DNA of 64,000 nt from an uncultured Phycisphaerae bacterium (GTDB taxonomy: Bacteria > Planctomycetota > Phycisphaerae > UBA1845 > Fen-1342): contig CALGJV010000017.1 in assembly GCA_937928595.1 (NCBI GenBank), positions 64,744-128,743 on the forward strand, read 5' to 3'. Numbering within the stretch: the stretch's first letter is position 1; every line of letters begins with the position of its first letter. Shown here in pieces: positions 17,287 to 24,722 of this stretch. The notes under the pieces were generated by a model, which saw nothing but the letters and a program-made list of their open reading frames with translations, searched no databases and was not told the DNA's origin. The translations under genes were made by a program, and so were the position numbers.

Positions 17287-18699
17287 ATGACGGAAGCACG
17301 GTCGGGCGGCGGCGCATCGCGAGCCGGCGGTGACGCGAACGGGCGGCGGACACACCGCGGCCGGCTGCACATCTGGATCCTGGCGGGACTGGTCACGGGG
17401 GCGGCTGCCGGCCTCATCGCGGGGCAGTTCTGTCCTCCCGGACCGGACGGCGCGCAACACGCGGGGCTCGTGTGGGTGGTGCGGAATATCGCGGACCCGG
17501 TGGGCCAGGTGTTCCTGCGTCTCATCTTCATGGTAGTTCTCCCGCTTGTGTTCAGTGCACTCGTCCTGGGGGTTGCCGGGTTGGGGGACGTGCGGCAACT
17601 GGGTCGCGTAGGGCTGAAGACGCTCGCGCTGACCGTGGTGCTCTCAGCGGTCTCGGTGGGGATCGGCGTCGGGCTGGCCAACCTGGTGCGCCCCGGCGCG
17701 CATCTTTCACAGCAGCAACAACAAGTTCTGCGCGAACGTTACGGGGCGGGAGCGGCGGAGAAGGTGGCGGTGGCACGGGAAGCCAAACCGCTGCGGGATG
17801 CGCTGCTGGACATCATCCCGAGAAATCCGTTGCGGGAGATGGTCGGCGCGGTGGACGGCAGCTCGCCGGGCGGGGGCATGCTCGCGGTCATGTTCTTCGC
17901 GCTCCTCTTCGGCGTGGCGCTGACGCTCGTGCCGGAGCGGGCCGGACCGCTGATCGGTGTGCTCGAAGGCGTGTACGACGCCGTGATGGTCATCGTCGGT
18001 TGGGCGATGCGGCTGGCGCCCGTGGCGGTGGCGGCGCTGGTGTTCTCGCTGACGGCGACGCTGGGGACGGACATTCTGCGGGTGCTGGGCTGGTACGTGC
18101 TTACCGTGCTCGGCGGGCTTGCGCTGCATTTCTGCGGCGTGTACTCGCTGGTGGTTGCGTTGCTGGCGCGGATAAACCCGCTCCGTTTCCTGAGCCGCGT
18201 GTCGGAAGCTGTCATCACCGCGTTTGCCACCTCGTCGTCGAATGCGACCCTGCCAACCTCGCTGCGCGTGGCGCAGGAGAACCTGGGCCTGCGACGGGAC
18301 ATCTCCGGCTTCGTGCTGACGGTCGGGTCGACCGCGAACCAGAACGGCACCGCCCTCTACGAGGGCATCACGGTGCTGTTCATCGCGCAGGTCTTCGGCG
18401 TCGAGCTGAGCCTGGCGCAGCAGGTCACAGTGGTGCTGCTTTCCATCCTGGCGGGTGTCGGCACGGCGGGGGTGCCGGGCGGATCGCTGCCGCTCGTGGT
18501 CATGGTCCTTCAGACCGTGCACGTTCCGGCCGAGGGGATCGGTATCATCCTGGGCGTCGACCGGCTATTGGACATGAGCCGCACGACGCTGAACGTGACG
18601 GGCGATCTGGCGGTGGCGGCCTGCATCGATCGATCGGAGCGGGCGCGCGGTGGGGCGTCTCCCGCGGCCGCGACTGCGCACTCCGGCCGGGATGTTTGA
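17287..18699 (+). CDS. Dicarboxylate/amino acid:cation symporter (DAACS/GltP family)
   Basis: TSSSNATLPTS, NQNGTALYEG and GVPGGSL blocks, with about 8 TM plus re-entrant hairpin hydrophobicity. Start at MTEARS (17287). Confidence 0.85.
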   Translation: MTEARSGGGASRAGGDANGRRTHRGRLHIWILAGLVTGAAAGLIAGQFCPPGPDGAQHAGLVWVVRNIADPVGQVFLRLIFMVVLPLVFSALVLGVAGLGDVRQLGRVGLKTLALTVVLSAVSVGIGVGLANLVRPGAHLSQQQQQVLRERYGAGAAEKVAVAREAKPLRDALLDIIPRNPLREMVGAVDGSSPGGGMLAVMFFALLFGVALTLVPERAGPLIGVLEGVYDAVMVIVGWAMRLAPVAVAALVFSLTATLGTDILRVLGWYVLTVLGGLALHFCGVYSLVVALLARINPLRFLSRVSEAVITAFATSSSNATLPTSLRVAQENLGLRRDISGFVLTVGSTANQNGTALYEGITVLFIAQVFGVELSLAQQVTVVLLSILAGVGTAGVPGGSLPLVVMVLQTVHVPAEGIGIILGVDRLLDMSRTTLNVTGDLAVAACIDRSERARGGASPAAATAHSGRDV

Positions 18700-18796
18700 A
18701 ACGCAGGCCCCGCGCGCCTTCGGTGCGAGCGGCTGGCCTTCGTGCTCTTGGCGCTTCGGCGGTCGACCTGCACCCGGCCGTCGGGGACGGCGTACG

Positions 18797-19759
18797 ATGC
18801 ACACAATGGACGCCCCCTGGACCATCCTCCACGCCGGCGCGCTCGGCGATCTTGTTTTGGCGCTGTACCTGGCGCTGCGCTTGACCGACGCGCAGCGTCC
18901 GTCGCTCACCTTGCTTTCCCGCACCAATCCCGGCGACTTGAGCGCGTGCACGCCGTCCATTCGCCGCATCTCGTCCGAGACGGCCGGCGTGCATTGGCTG
19001 TTCGGCGGCGACGGGCCGCCGCCCGCACGGCTGGTCGAGGTCGTCGCGGAGCGGACCGTGCTCAGCTTCCTGGGACACCCGGGGCTTGCCGCGCACGCGC
19101 GCCTTGGGTCGCTGCGGCCCTTGGCGCTATGGACGGTGGACCCGCGGCCGGAGCCGGGCTCGGCGCGTCACATCGTTGCGCAGTGGACGGCCCAGCTCGA
19201 GGCGCAGGGGTTGCTCGTGCCGAAGTGCATTCATCACCGGCCGGAGAAACTCGGGCTGGCCGTGCCGGAGGCGTGGCGGGCAGGCCCCACGGGTGACGGA
19301 GCATCGCGGCCGGTCGTGCTCCTGCACCCGGGCAGTGGCGGGCGGGTGAAGTGCTGGCCGCTGGCGGCGTTTCGTGCGGTGGCGCGGCGGCTGCGCGCGG
19401 GCGAGCTGGGTTTGGAAACGGAGCCCGTGTTCGTGTTGGGCCCGGTGGAGCTGGAGATCTGGCCCGCTGCCGAAATCGCCATGCTGCGCGGCGAATTCCC
19501 CGTGTTGGCGCCGGAGCCCGATGAGCTGCCGCGGCACATCGCGGCCGCCGCCGCGTACGTCGGCAACGACGCCGGTCCGACGCACTTGGCCGCACTGCTG
19601 GGCACGCCGACCGTGGCGCTGTTCGGCCCGACGTCCGCCGCGGTGTGGCGGCCGCGCGGACCGCGCGTGGCGGTGCTGACCGGGGAATGTGACGCTGGCG
19701 CGTGGGGACTGACCGGCGACGTGGTGTTGGCAGTGCTGCGGGAGCTCGTCGAGGGGTGA
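18797..19759 (+). CDS. Glycosyltransferase family 9 (heptosyltransferase-like)
   Basis: VLLHPGSGGRVKCWPLAAF..., YVGNDAGPTHLAALLGTPTVALFGPTS is the GT9 C-terminal signature. Start at MHTMD (18797). Confidence 0.75.
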   Translation: MHTMDAPWTILHAGALGDLVLALYLALRLTDAQRPSLTLLSRTNPGDLSACTPSIRRISSETAGVHWLFGGDGPPPARLVEVVAERTVLSFLGHPGLAAHARLGSLRPLALWTVDPRPEPGSARHIVAQWTAQLEAQGLLVPKCIHHRPEKLGLAVPEAWRAGPTGDGASRPVVLLHPGSGGRVKCWPLAAFRAVARRLRAGELGLETEPVFVLGPVELEIWPAAEIAMLRGEFPVLAPEPDELPRHIAAAAAYVGNDAGPTHLAALLGTPTVALFGPTSAAVWRPRGPRVAVLTGECDAGAWGLTGDVVLAVLRELVEG

Positions 19760-19789
19760 GAGGCCGTGCCGGCCGCCGGGCCCCGGGTC

Positions 19790-20299
19790 TCAGACCTTGA
19801 GCTCGGCCTTTTCCACCAGGTGCCACCAGAGCTTGACGGGCGAGGGGTACATGCGCGCGAGGCGCCGCTGGGCGGCCTGGTACTGCGCCAGGGACCACGC
19901 ATAGTGCCGGCGGAGCTGCTTGACGAGCTCTCCGGCATCCAGGCGGAGCGGGTTGGGCACGCGGAAGGCACGCGCGAAGCGCTCGGTGATGATGTTCACG
20001 TCGAGGTGCTTCTGCGGCTCGAGCGCCTGGATCATGCGAACCCCGGCGGGGTCCGCCACGTTGATCCAGCTCTCGAACGTCGCGGCATCGCTGTGGTTGA
20101 AGCGGGCCAGCAGCACGGTAAGCAGCACGCCGTCGATTTCCCAGGTGCCGATCCGCACGTCGAGGTCGCAAGACGGCGGATACCTCTTGAGGCCCCACTC
20201 GTCTTCGCGGAGGTAAAGTTCGACCTTCCCCAGGTCGAGCACCGGAATCAGGGTCCCCGGGTGCGCGTCGAGCACAACCTGGGGGAGCTTCGGCAGCAT
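19790..20299 (-). CDS. Hypothetical protein (169 aa, no recognised domain)
   Basis: Non-repetitive, balanced composition (W/Y/K/E present) and a GC3-rich frame, starting from MLPKLPQ. The upstream ORF extension is Arg/Pro-rich junk. Confidence 0.45.
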   Translation of the reverse strand: MLPKLPQVVLDAHPGTLIPVLDLGKVELYLREDEWGLKRYPPSCDLDVRIGTWEIDGVLLTVLLARFNHSDAATFESWINVADPAGVRMIQALEPQKHLDVNIITERFARAFRVPNPLRLDAGELVKQLRRHYAWSLAQYQAAQRRLARMYPSPVKLWWHLVEKAELKV

Positions 20300-20522
20300 G
20301 TACAGTCGTACTCCGCGGGCAGACAGGGCCGGCGATGGCCCGCGCGGAACCGGCGTTCCTGTGGCCGGAGTCCCGCGGGCGCGGGCCGGTGCCGCACTCC
20401 TTTCATCGGTGAAGCGCGCCGCGGGCTTTGAGTGCGGCGTGTCGGCGGCTGGACTGCGGTGGGTCGGATGGGAGCCGTGGCGCTGCCGCGGTAGATTACC
20501 GGACACGCTCTCCGGCCGATGA

Positions 20523-20822
20523 TCAGACGAGCTTCTGCTCGACGCTGCGGACCTTGTCTTCCATGGATTGCGGGCGGTCCGTGCGGGTGCCGACGCGCAG
20601 GGTCGTGGCGACGCGGGGGGCGCCCATGCCGTGGACGACTTCGTGGCACTTCCGAACGGCCGCGAACACGGCGTCCCATTCGCCTTCGATGTTGGTGCCG
20701 TAGGCGTGGAGGTGCGTCTTGAGCCCCGCGTCGCGGAGGACGCGCTCGCAGGCGGCGACGTACGGCGAGAGCGAGATGCCCACGCCGAGCGGAATCACGC
20801 AGAGATCGACGATGACGTGCAT
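20523..20822 (-). CDS. MTH1187/YkoF-like (DUF77) small thiamine-binding-fold protein
   Basis: MHVIVDLCVIPLGVGISLSPYVAACERVL...YGTNIEGEW...KCHE matches the about 100-aa MTH1187 family pattern. Confidence 0.7.
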   Translation of the reverse strand: MHVIVDLCVIPLGVGISLSPYVAACERVLRDAGLKTHLHAYGTNIEGEWDAVFAAVRKCHEVVHGMGAPRVATTLRVGTRTDRPQSMEDKVRSVEQKLV

Positions 20823-20840
20823 GGGGCGATCCTCGGACGG

Positions 20841-21398
20841 CTAGCGCTCCGCCCGCGCGGGGGCGGGCGGGCGCGGCAACCATAGGGCGGCCAGCGACAG
20901 GCACCGCGAGCGCGCGAAGATGAGGTAGAGGGCGCCGGCAAGCAGCGCGCAGTTCTCGGCGAGCTTGCGGCAGACGAAGACGACGCCGGTGCCGCAGCCG
21001 CAGTCGAACGACACGTCGCAGAACGAGGCGTACGACGCGCCGGGAGCGTGGTAGAGCGTCAGGCCGCGGTGCAGGATCAGGGGCGTGAAGAACAGAAGCA
21101 TGAGCGCGATCAGCAGCGCAGCGCCGCGTCGGCCGACGCCGAGAAGCACGGCCGCGGCGCACAGCAACTCGAGCCACGGCAGCGTCACGGCGAGCATGTT
21201 CACCAGCAGGGCCGGCTCGGTGGGCGCGAGGTTGTAAACGTGGATCTGCTTGAGGAACTCGACCGGGTCGCGAAGTTTCATGAGCGACAAGTAAGCGAAC
21301 ATCAGCCCGACGCCCAGCCGGGCGAGCACGGTGAGCCCGTGCCAGACCGGGTGGATGCGGGCAGGGGCGGTCACGGGGAGGGCGGTCGCGGTCGTCAT
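20841..21398 (-). CDS. MauE/DoxX-superfamily redox-associated membrane protein
   Basis: Four hydrophobic helices, MKLRDPVEF, and the DCGCG motif (FDCGCGTG) typical of MauE. The ATG at 21398 overlaps the rhodanese stop by 4 nt. Confidence 0.7.
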   Translation of the reverse strand: MTTATALPVTAPARIHPVWHGLTVLARLGVGLMFAYLSLMKLRDPVEFLKQIHVYNLAPTEPALLVNMLAVTLPWLELLCAAAVLLGVGRRGAALLIALMLLFFTPLILHRGLTLYHAPGASYASFCDVSFDCGCGTGVVFVCRKLAENCALLAGALYLIFARSRCLSLAALWLPRPPAPARAER

Positions 21399-22003
21399 GG
21401 CTGGGCCTGCTCGATCTCGGCGCTGCGCCGGACCCACTCCTCCCAGCCGTGGGCGTACAGGTAGATGTTGCCCTGCGGGACACCGTAGCGGAGCAGCTCG
21501 CGGCAGACATGGAGGCTGTCCTCGCAGGCGCCGCCGTTGCAGTACACGATGATCTTCTCCGCGGCCATCGCCCGGTCGACGACCTGCGGCACATCGCCCC
21601 GCCAGTAATCGCACTGGATCGCGCCCGGGATGTGCCCCGCGCGATAGGCGTCGTCGTTGCGGGCGTCGAGGAAGATGTACATGTGGATCTGTGTCAGCGG
21701 GTCCGCGAGCAGCGCCGCGACTTCCTCGTACGCTAACTCCTGGAACTCGTGCGCGACGTGGGCCGACGGCGTCGTGCGGCTTGCGCCCGACGTGCCCGGC
21801 TCGGATGCGGGCTGGGTCGCACCGGCGGGGACAGCCGGCCGGGTCGGTAGCCCCGGGGCGACCGGGACCGCCTTGGGCGGGGCGTAGTTGCGGTGGAGGT
21901 CGATGCGGCTGCGTCCCCGAAAGGGGTTGACCGCCATGCCGATGGCCGTGGCGGCGAAGATCAGCAGCACTGCGGACAATAGGATGGACTTCGACGCTCC
22001 CAT
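21395..22003 (-). CDS. Membrane-anchored rhodanese-like domain protein
   Basis: N-terminal TM (ILLSAVLLIFAATAIGMAV), a Pro-rich linker, then rhodanese blocks FLDARNDDAYRAGHIPGA and IIVYCNGGACEDS (active-site Cys loop). Confidence 0.75.
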   Translation of the reverse strand: MGASKSILLSAVLLIFAATAIGMAVNPFRGRSRIDLHRNYAPPKAVPVAPGLPTRPAVPAGATQPASEPGTSGASRTTPSAHVAHEFQELAYEEVAALLADPLTQIHMYIFLDARNDDAYRAGHIPGAIQCDYWRGDVPQVVDRAMAAEKIIVYCNGGACEDSLHVCRELLRYGVPQGNIYLYAHGWEEWVRRSAEIEQAQP

Positions 22004-22073
22004 GCGTACTCCCGCAACCGTTGCTCGCGTGGCGGGCTGGCGGAATCATTCGCGGGGCCGCCCACCTGCTCCA

Positions 22074-23432
22074 TTATAAGCGCCGCCTTTCAAAAACCGC
22101 GGCCAGGTTGGCGACCGCGGTCGCCGGCCAGCGTCGCCACCAGGGCTCGGCCACCTCCGTCGGCAGCTCGGCCCGCAAGCGTCGCACGAAGCGGCCGACA
22201 ATTCCGGGACGGCACGCGGGCATGTCGATGCCCGGATGCTCGCGGTGGTACTGCTCCTCGCCGCGGGAATGCAGCCAGCCGTGCTCGCGGGCGAGCTCGC
22301 GCGCCGCCGTTCCGGGCCACGGGAAGTAAGGTCGCACGTCGACGACGTCGGGCCGCAGCGACAGGAGCATGGCGCGGGTCTCGGCCAGGGACGCTTCGCT
22401 CTCGTACGGCGCGCCAAGGTATACCGTCACGCGCGTGCGGAGCCGCGCGGCGCGCAAGGCCGCATGGGCGGCGGCCACCTGCTCCCCGCTCAGATCCATC
22501 GTGAAGACGTCGTTGCGGATGAAATCGCTCGCGCTGATCAGCTCGAGCGTCACCTCGACGCAGCCGGAAGCGGCCAGTTGCGCCGCCAGCTCGGAGTCGG
22601 TCGCGTTCGCACGCACATGGCCGCGCCAGGGCAGACCGCAGCGGGTCCGGTACGCGGCGAGGAACTCGGCGAGCCATGCCCGATCCAGCGTCAGGGCGTG
22701 GTCGAGAAACCGGATGCGGCGGGCACCCGGGTAGCGCTCGCGCAGCGCGGCGATCTCGGCCAGAATGTGGCCGACCGGGCGGCGCCGGACCCAGACGCCG
22801 CGCCCCGCGTACAACGTGGCCAGGCCGGGGTTGAGGCAGTAGCCGCAGTGCTGAGGGCAGCCTCGACCGACGGCGATTTCGAGCTCCCCGTCGCGGGCGA
22901 CGTGAGCGGCGTAACCGAACAGCTCGCGGTGGGGGAAGGGGAGCGAAGACAGGTCCTCGACGAGGGGCGGCGGCGCGGGGCGCGCCAGGCCCTGTTCGTC
23001 GCGCAGCCACACGCCGGAGACGATCTGCCGGACGGCGGGATCCTTGATGCGCTCGAGGTACGTCACGAGCGAGGCATCCGGCTCGCCGATGGCGGCGGCG
23101 TGCACACCGGGCAGGCTCAGGGCGGCGGCGGGCTCGACCGTGGGATAGAGGCCGCCGACGACGATGGGCAGGTACTCGCGCCGCTCGATGTACTCGAAGG
23201 TGCGCCGAGCAGCGTCCACACAGACCGGACTGATGTCGGCATAGATGAGCTGGGGAAGGCTGCGGGCGAGGGCGGCCTTCACGGCCGCGAGGTCGAAGCC
23301 CGCTAGGCCGAGCAGACCGAGCGTGTGGCCGCGCCGTTCGAGCAGTGCCAGGAGCGTCCCCAGTTGCGGTTCGAAGCGCGGCACGCGCCGCCGCCGCGTG
23401 CCGGGGACGAACTGGAGCACAAGGATCCGCAT
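22074..23432 (-). CDS. B12-binding-domain radical SAM protein
   Basis: N-terminal Rossmann-like B12-binding-type region (MRILVLQF...PIVVGGLYPT), then the CX3CX2C motif GCPQHCGYC and a TIM-barrel-like remainder. Confidence 0.8.
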   Translation of the reverse strand: MRILVLQFVPGTRRRRVPRFEPQLGTLLALLERRGHTLGLLGLAGFDLAAVKAALARSLPQLIYADISPVCVDAARRTFEYIERREYLPIVVGGLYPTVEPAAALSLPGVHAAAIGEPDASLVTYLERIKDPAVRQIVSGVWLRDEQGLARPAPPPLVEDLSSLPFPHRELFGYAAHVARDGELEIAVGRGCPQHCGYCLNPGLATLYAGRGVWVRRRPVGHILAEIAALRERYPGARRIRFLDHALTLDRAWLAEFLAAYRTRCGLPWRGHVRANATDSELAAQLAASGCVEVTLELISASDFIRNDVFTMDLSGEQVAAAHAALRAARLRTRVTVYLGAPYESEASLAETRAMLLSLRPDVVDVRPYFPWPGTAARELAREHGWLHSRGEEQYHREHPGIDMPACRPGIVGRFVRRLRAELPTEVAEPWWRRWPATAVANLAAVFERRRL

Positions 23433-23468
23433 GGCTTGGGGGCATCCCCCGACCGGGATCAGCCGGTT

Positions 23469-23669
23469 CTAGTCGGTCAGCAACGGCTCCCAGAAGGCAC
23501 GAGCCAGGGAAGGCGGAAACTGGCCCTGGCCCGCCGGGATGACTGGGATCCGAATCGCGAACTCCGGGTGGCGCAGGGCCTCCGTCAGGTAGGCCGACGT
23601 CTCTTCAATCAGGCGGGCGCGTAGCTCTTCCCAGGTTTCGTGGCGTCTTCGCTGACGGCGGCGATCCAT
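23469..23669 (-). CDS. Small hypothetical protein (66 aa), Arg-rich N-terminus
   Basis: ATG..TAG ORF 36 nt upstream of the radical SAM gene and 15 nt downstream of the membrane protein gene. By hand count, roughly 80% of third codon positions are G/C. The composition is not junk-like (W, F, E, L). Confidence 0.45.
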   Translation of the reverse strand: MDRRRQRRRHETWEELRARLIEETSAYLTEALRHPEFAIRIPVIPAGQGQFPPSLARAFWEPLLTD

Positions 23670-23684
23670 GGGCGGCCGCTCCGG

Positions 23685-24617
23685 TCAGGACGTGGTTGGC
23701 GCGGGCCGCGGCGGGGCCTTGGTCCGCAGCGTCCAAAGGGCCGCGAACACGCCCACGCCCACGGTCTCGAGCGGCAAGGCGCGCACCAGCCCCCATGCCG
23801 GGATTGTATCCGTGCCGCGGTACAGCTCCGGGAGGAGCAGCGTCGGATGCAGGGCGGCGGCGATCGCGCCGACGATGCCGAGCAGCAGCGGTGCCGACCA
23901 GAACCACAGCGGATGTCGGACAGGCAGGAGGTGCGTCGTGACCCAGGTGCCGGCGAAGAACCCGACGCCCACCGCGAAGTAGACCTGGCCCCGGTACACG
24001 GCCTGGGCAACCGGGCCGGTCAGGATCACCGTCACGATGCCCGCCACGAGGGTTGTGAGCAGCAGCGCGAGCGGGCCGAGCCGACGCTCGGCGGGGGGCT
24101 CGTCGGGCGCCAGGGCGACACGGGCCGCCCGCTGCCAGGAGCGCTCGCTCACGGCGTCAGACCGGAGCCACTCGCTCAGGACGGTCAGCAGGGCCAGCGC
24201 GACGGCCAAGCAGGCGTAGTCCGCCAGCAGCGGCCAGTACGGCGTCCCGCTCGGCGGGCCCGGGCGTTCGTTGGCGAAACGGAGCCAGCTCTCCATCGTG
24301 CCCCCGCGGGCCCCGCCCTCGGCGGCCCACAGGGCCAGCGCCAGGCCGACCGCCATCAGCGTGAGATGCCCGTCCCGCCCCGCGATGAACAGTGCCGCCG
24401 TGCCGCCGGCCAACAAGACCACGACCCCCACGAGCGCCGCGGGCAACGGATGCGGAGCGGCCGCCAGCAACACCGGACGATCCAGCCCCCGTGGGACCGC
24501 CAGCGGACCGGCCACGAAGTGGAGCAAGCCCCAGAGCAGCGCGGTCGCGGTCAGCAACCGGAGACGGGTGATCCAGACAGCGGCAACGCTGGTGCGAGAC
24601 GTCGGACGCGCGGCCAT
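23685..24617 (-). CDS. Polytopic membrane protein, unknown family (310 aa)
   Basis: About 8 predicted hydrophobic helices. The frame fits the operon spacing. No motif recognised. Confidence 0.55.
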   Translation of the reverse strand: MAARPTSRTSVAAVWITRLRLLTATALLWGLLHFVAGPLAVPRGLDRPVLLAAAPHPLPAALVGVVVLLAGGTAALFIAGRDGHLTLMAVGLALALWAAEGGARGGTMESWLRFANERPGPPSGTPYWPLLADYACLAVALALLTVLSEWLRSDAVSERSWQRAARVALAPDEPPAERRLGPLALLLTTLVAGIVTVILTGPVAQAVYRGQVYFAVGVGFFAGTWVTTHLLPVRHPLWFWSAPLLLGIVGAIAAALHPTLLLPELYRGTDTIPAWGLVRALPLETVGVGVFAALWTLRTKAPPRPAPTTS

Positions 24618-24671
24618 GCGGTCAGGCTAGCACGACCGCGCGCGGGCGGCAACCGCCGCGGCCGACGTCGT

Positions 24672-24699
24672 TTGACAGCCCCCCGCGCTTCTCTATAAT
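24672..24699 (+). promoter_or_regulatory. Consensus sigma70-type promoter TTGACA-N16-TATAAT
   Basis: TTGACA at 24672-24677, a 16-nt spacer, TATAAT at 24694-24699. It sits about 24 nt upstream of the first ATG (24723) of the HEAT-repeat gene. Both hexamers are perfect in an AT-poor genome. Confidence 0.6.
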
Positions 24700-24722
24700 C
24701 GCCGCCTGCTCTGCGGATCGCG

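Noticed and set aside
24618-24722. Possible cobalamin riboswitch upstream of the operon containing the B12-binding radical SAM gene
   Set aside because: The gap is only about 105 nt, too short for a cobalamin riboswitch. I saw no B12-box-like sequence. The strongest signal in this gap is a plus-strand consensus promoter pointing the other way.
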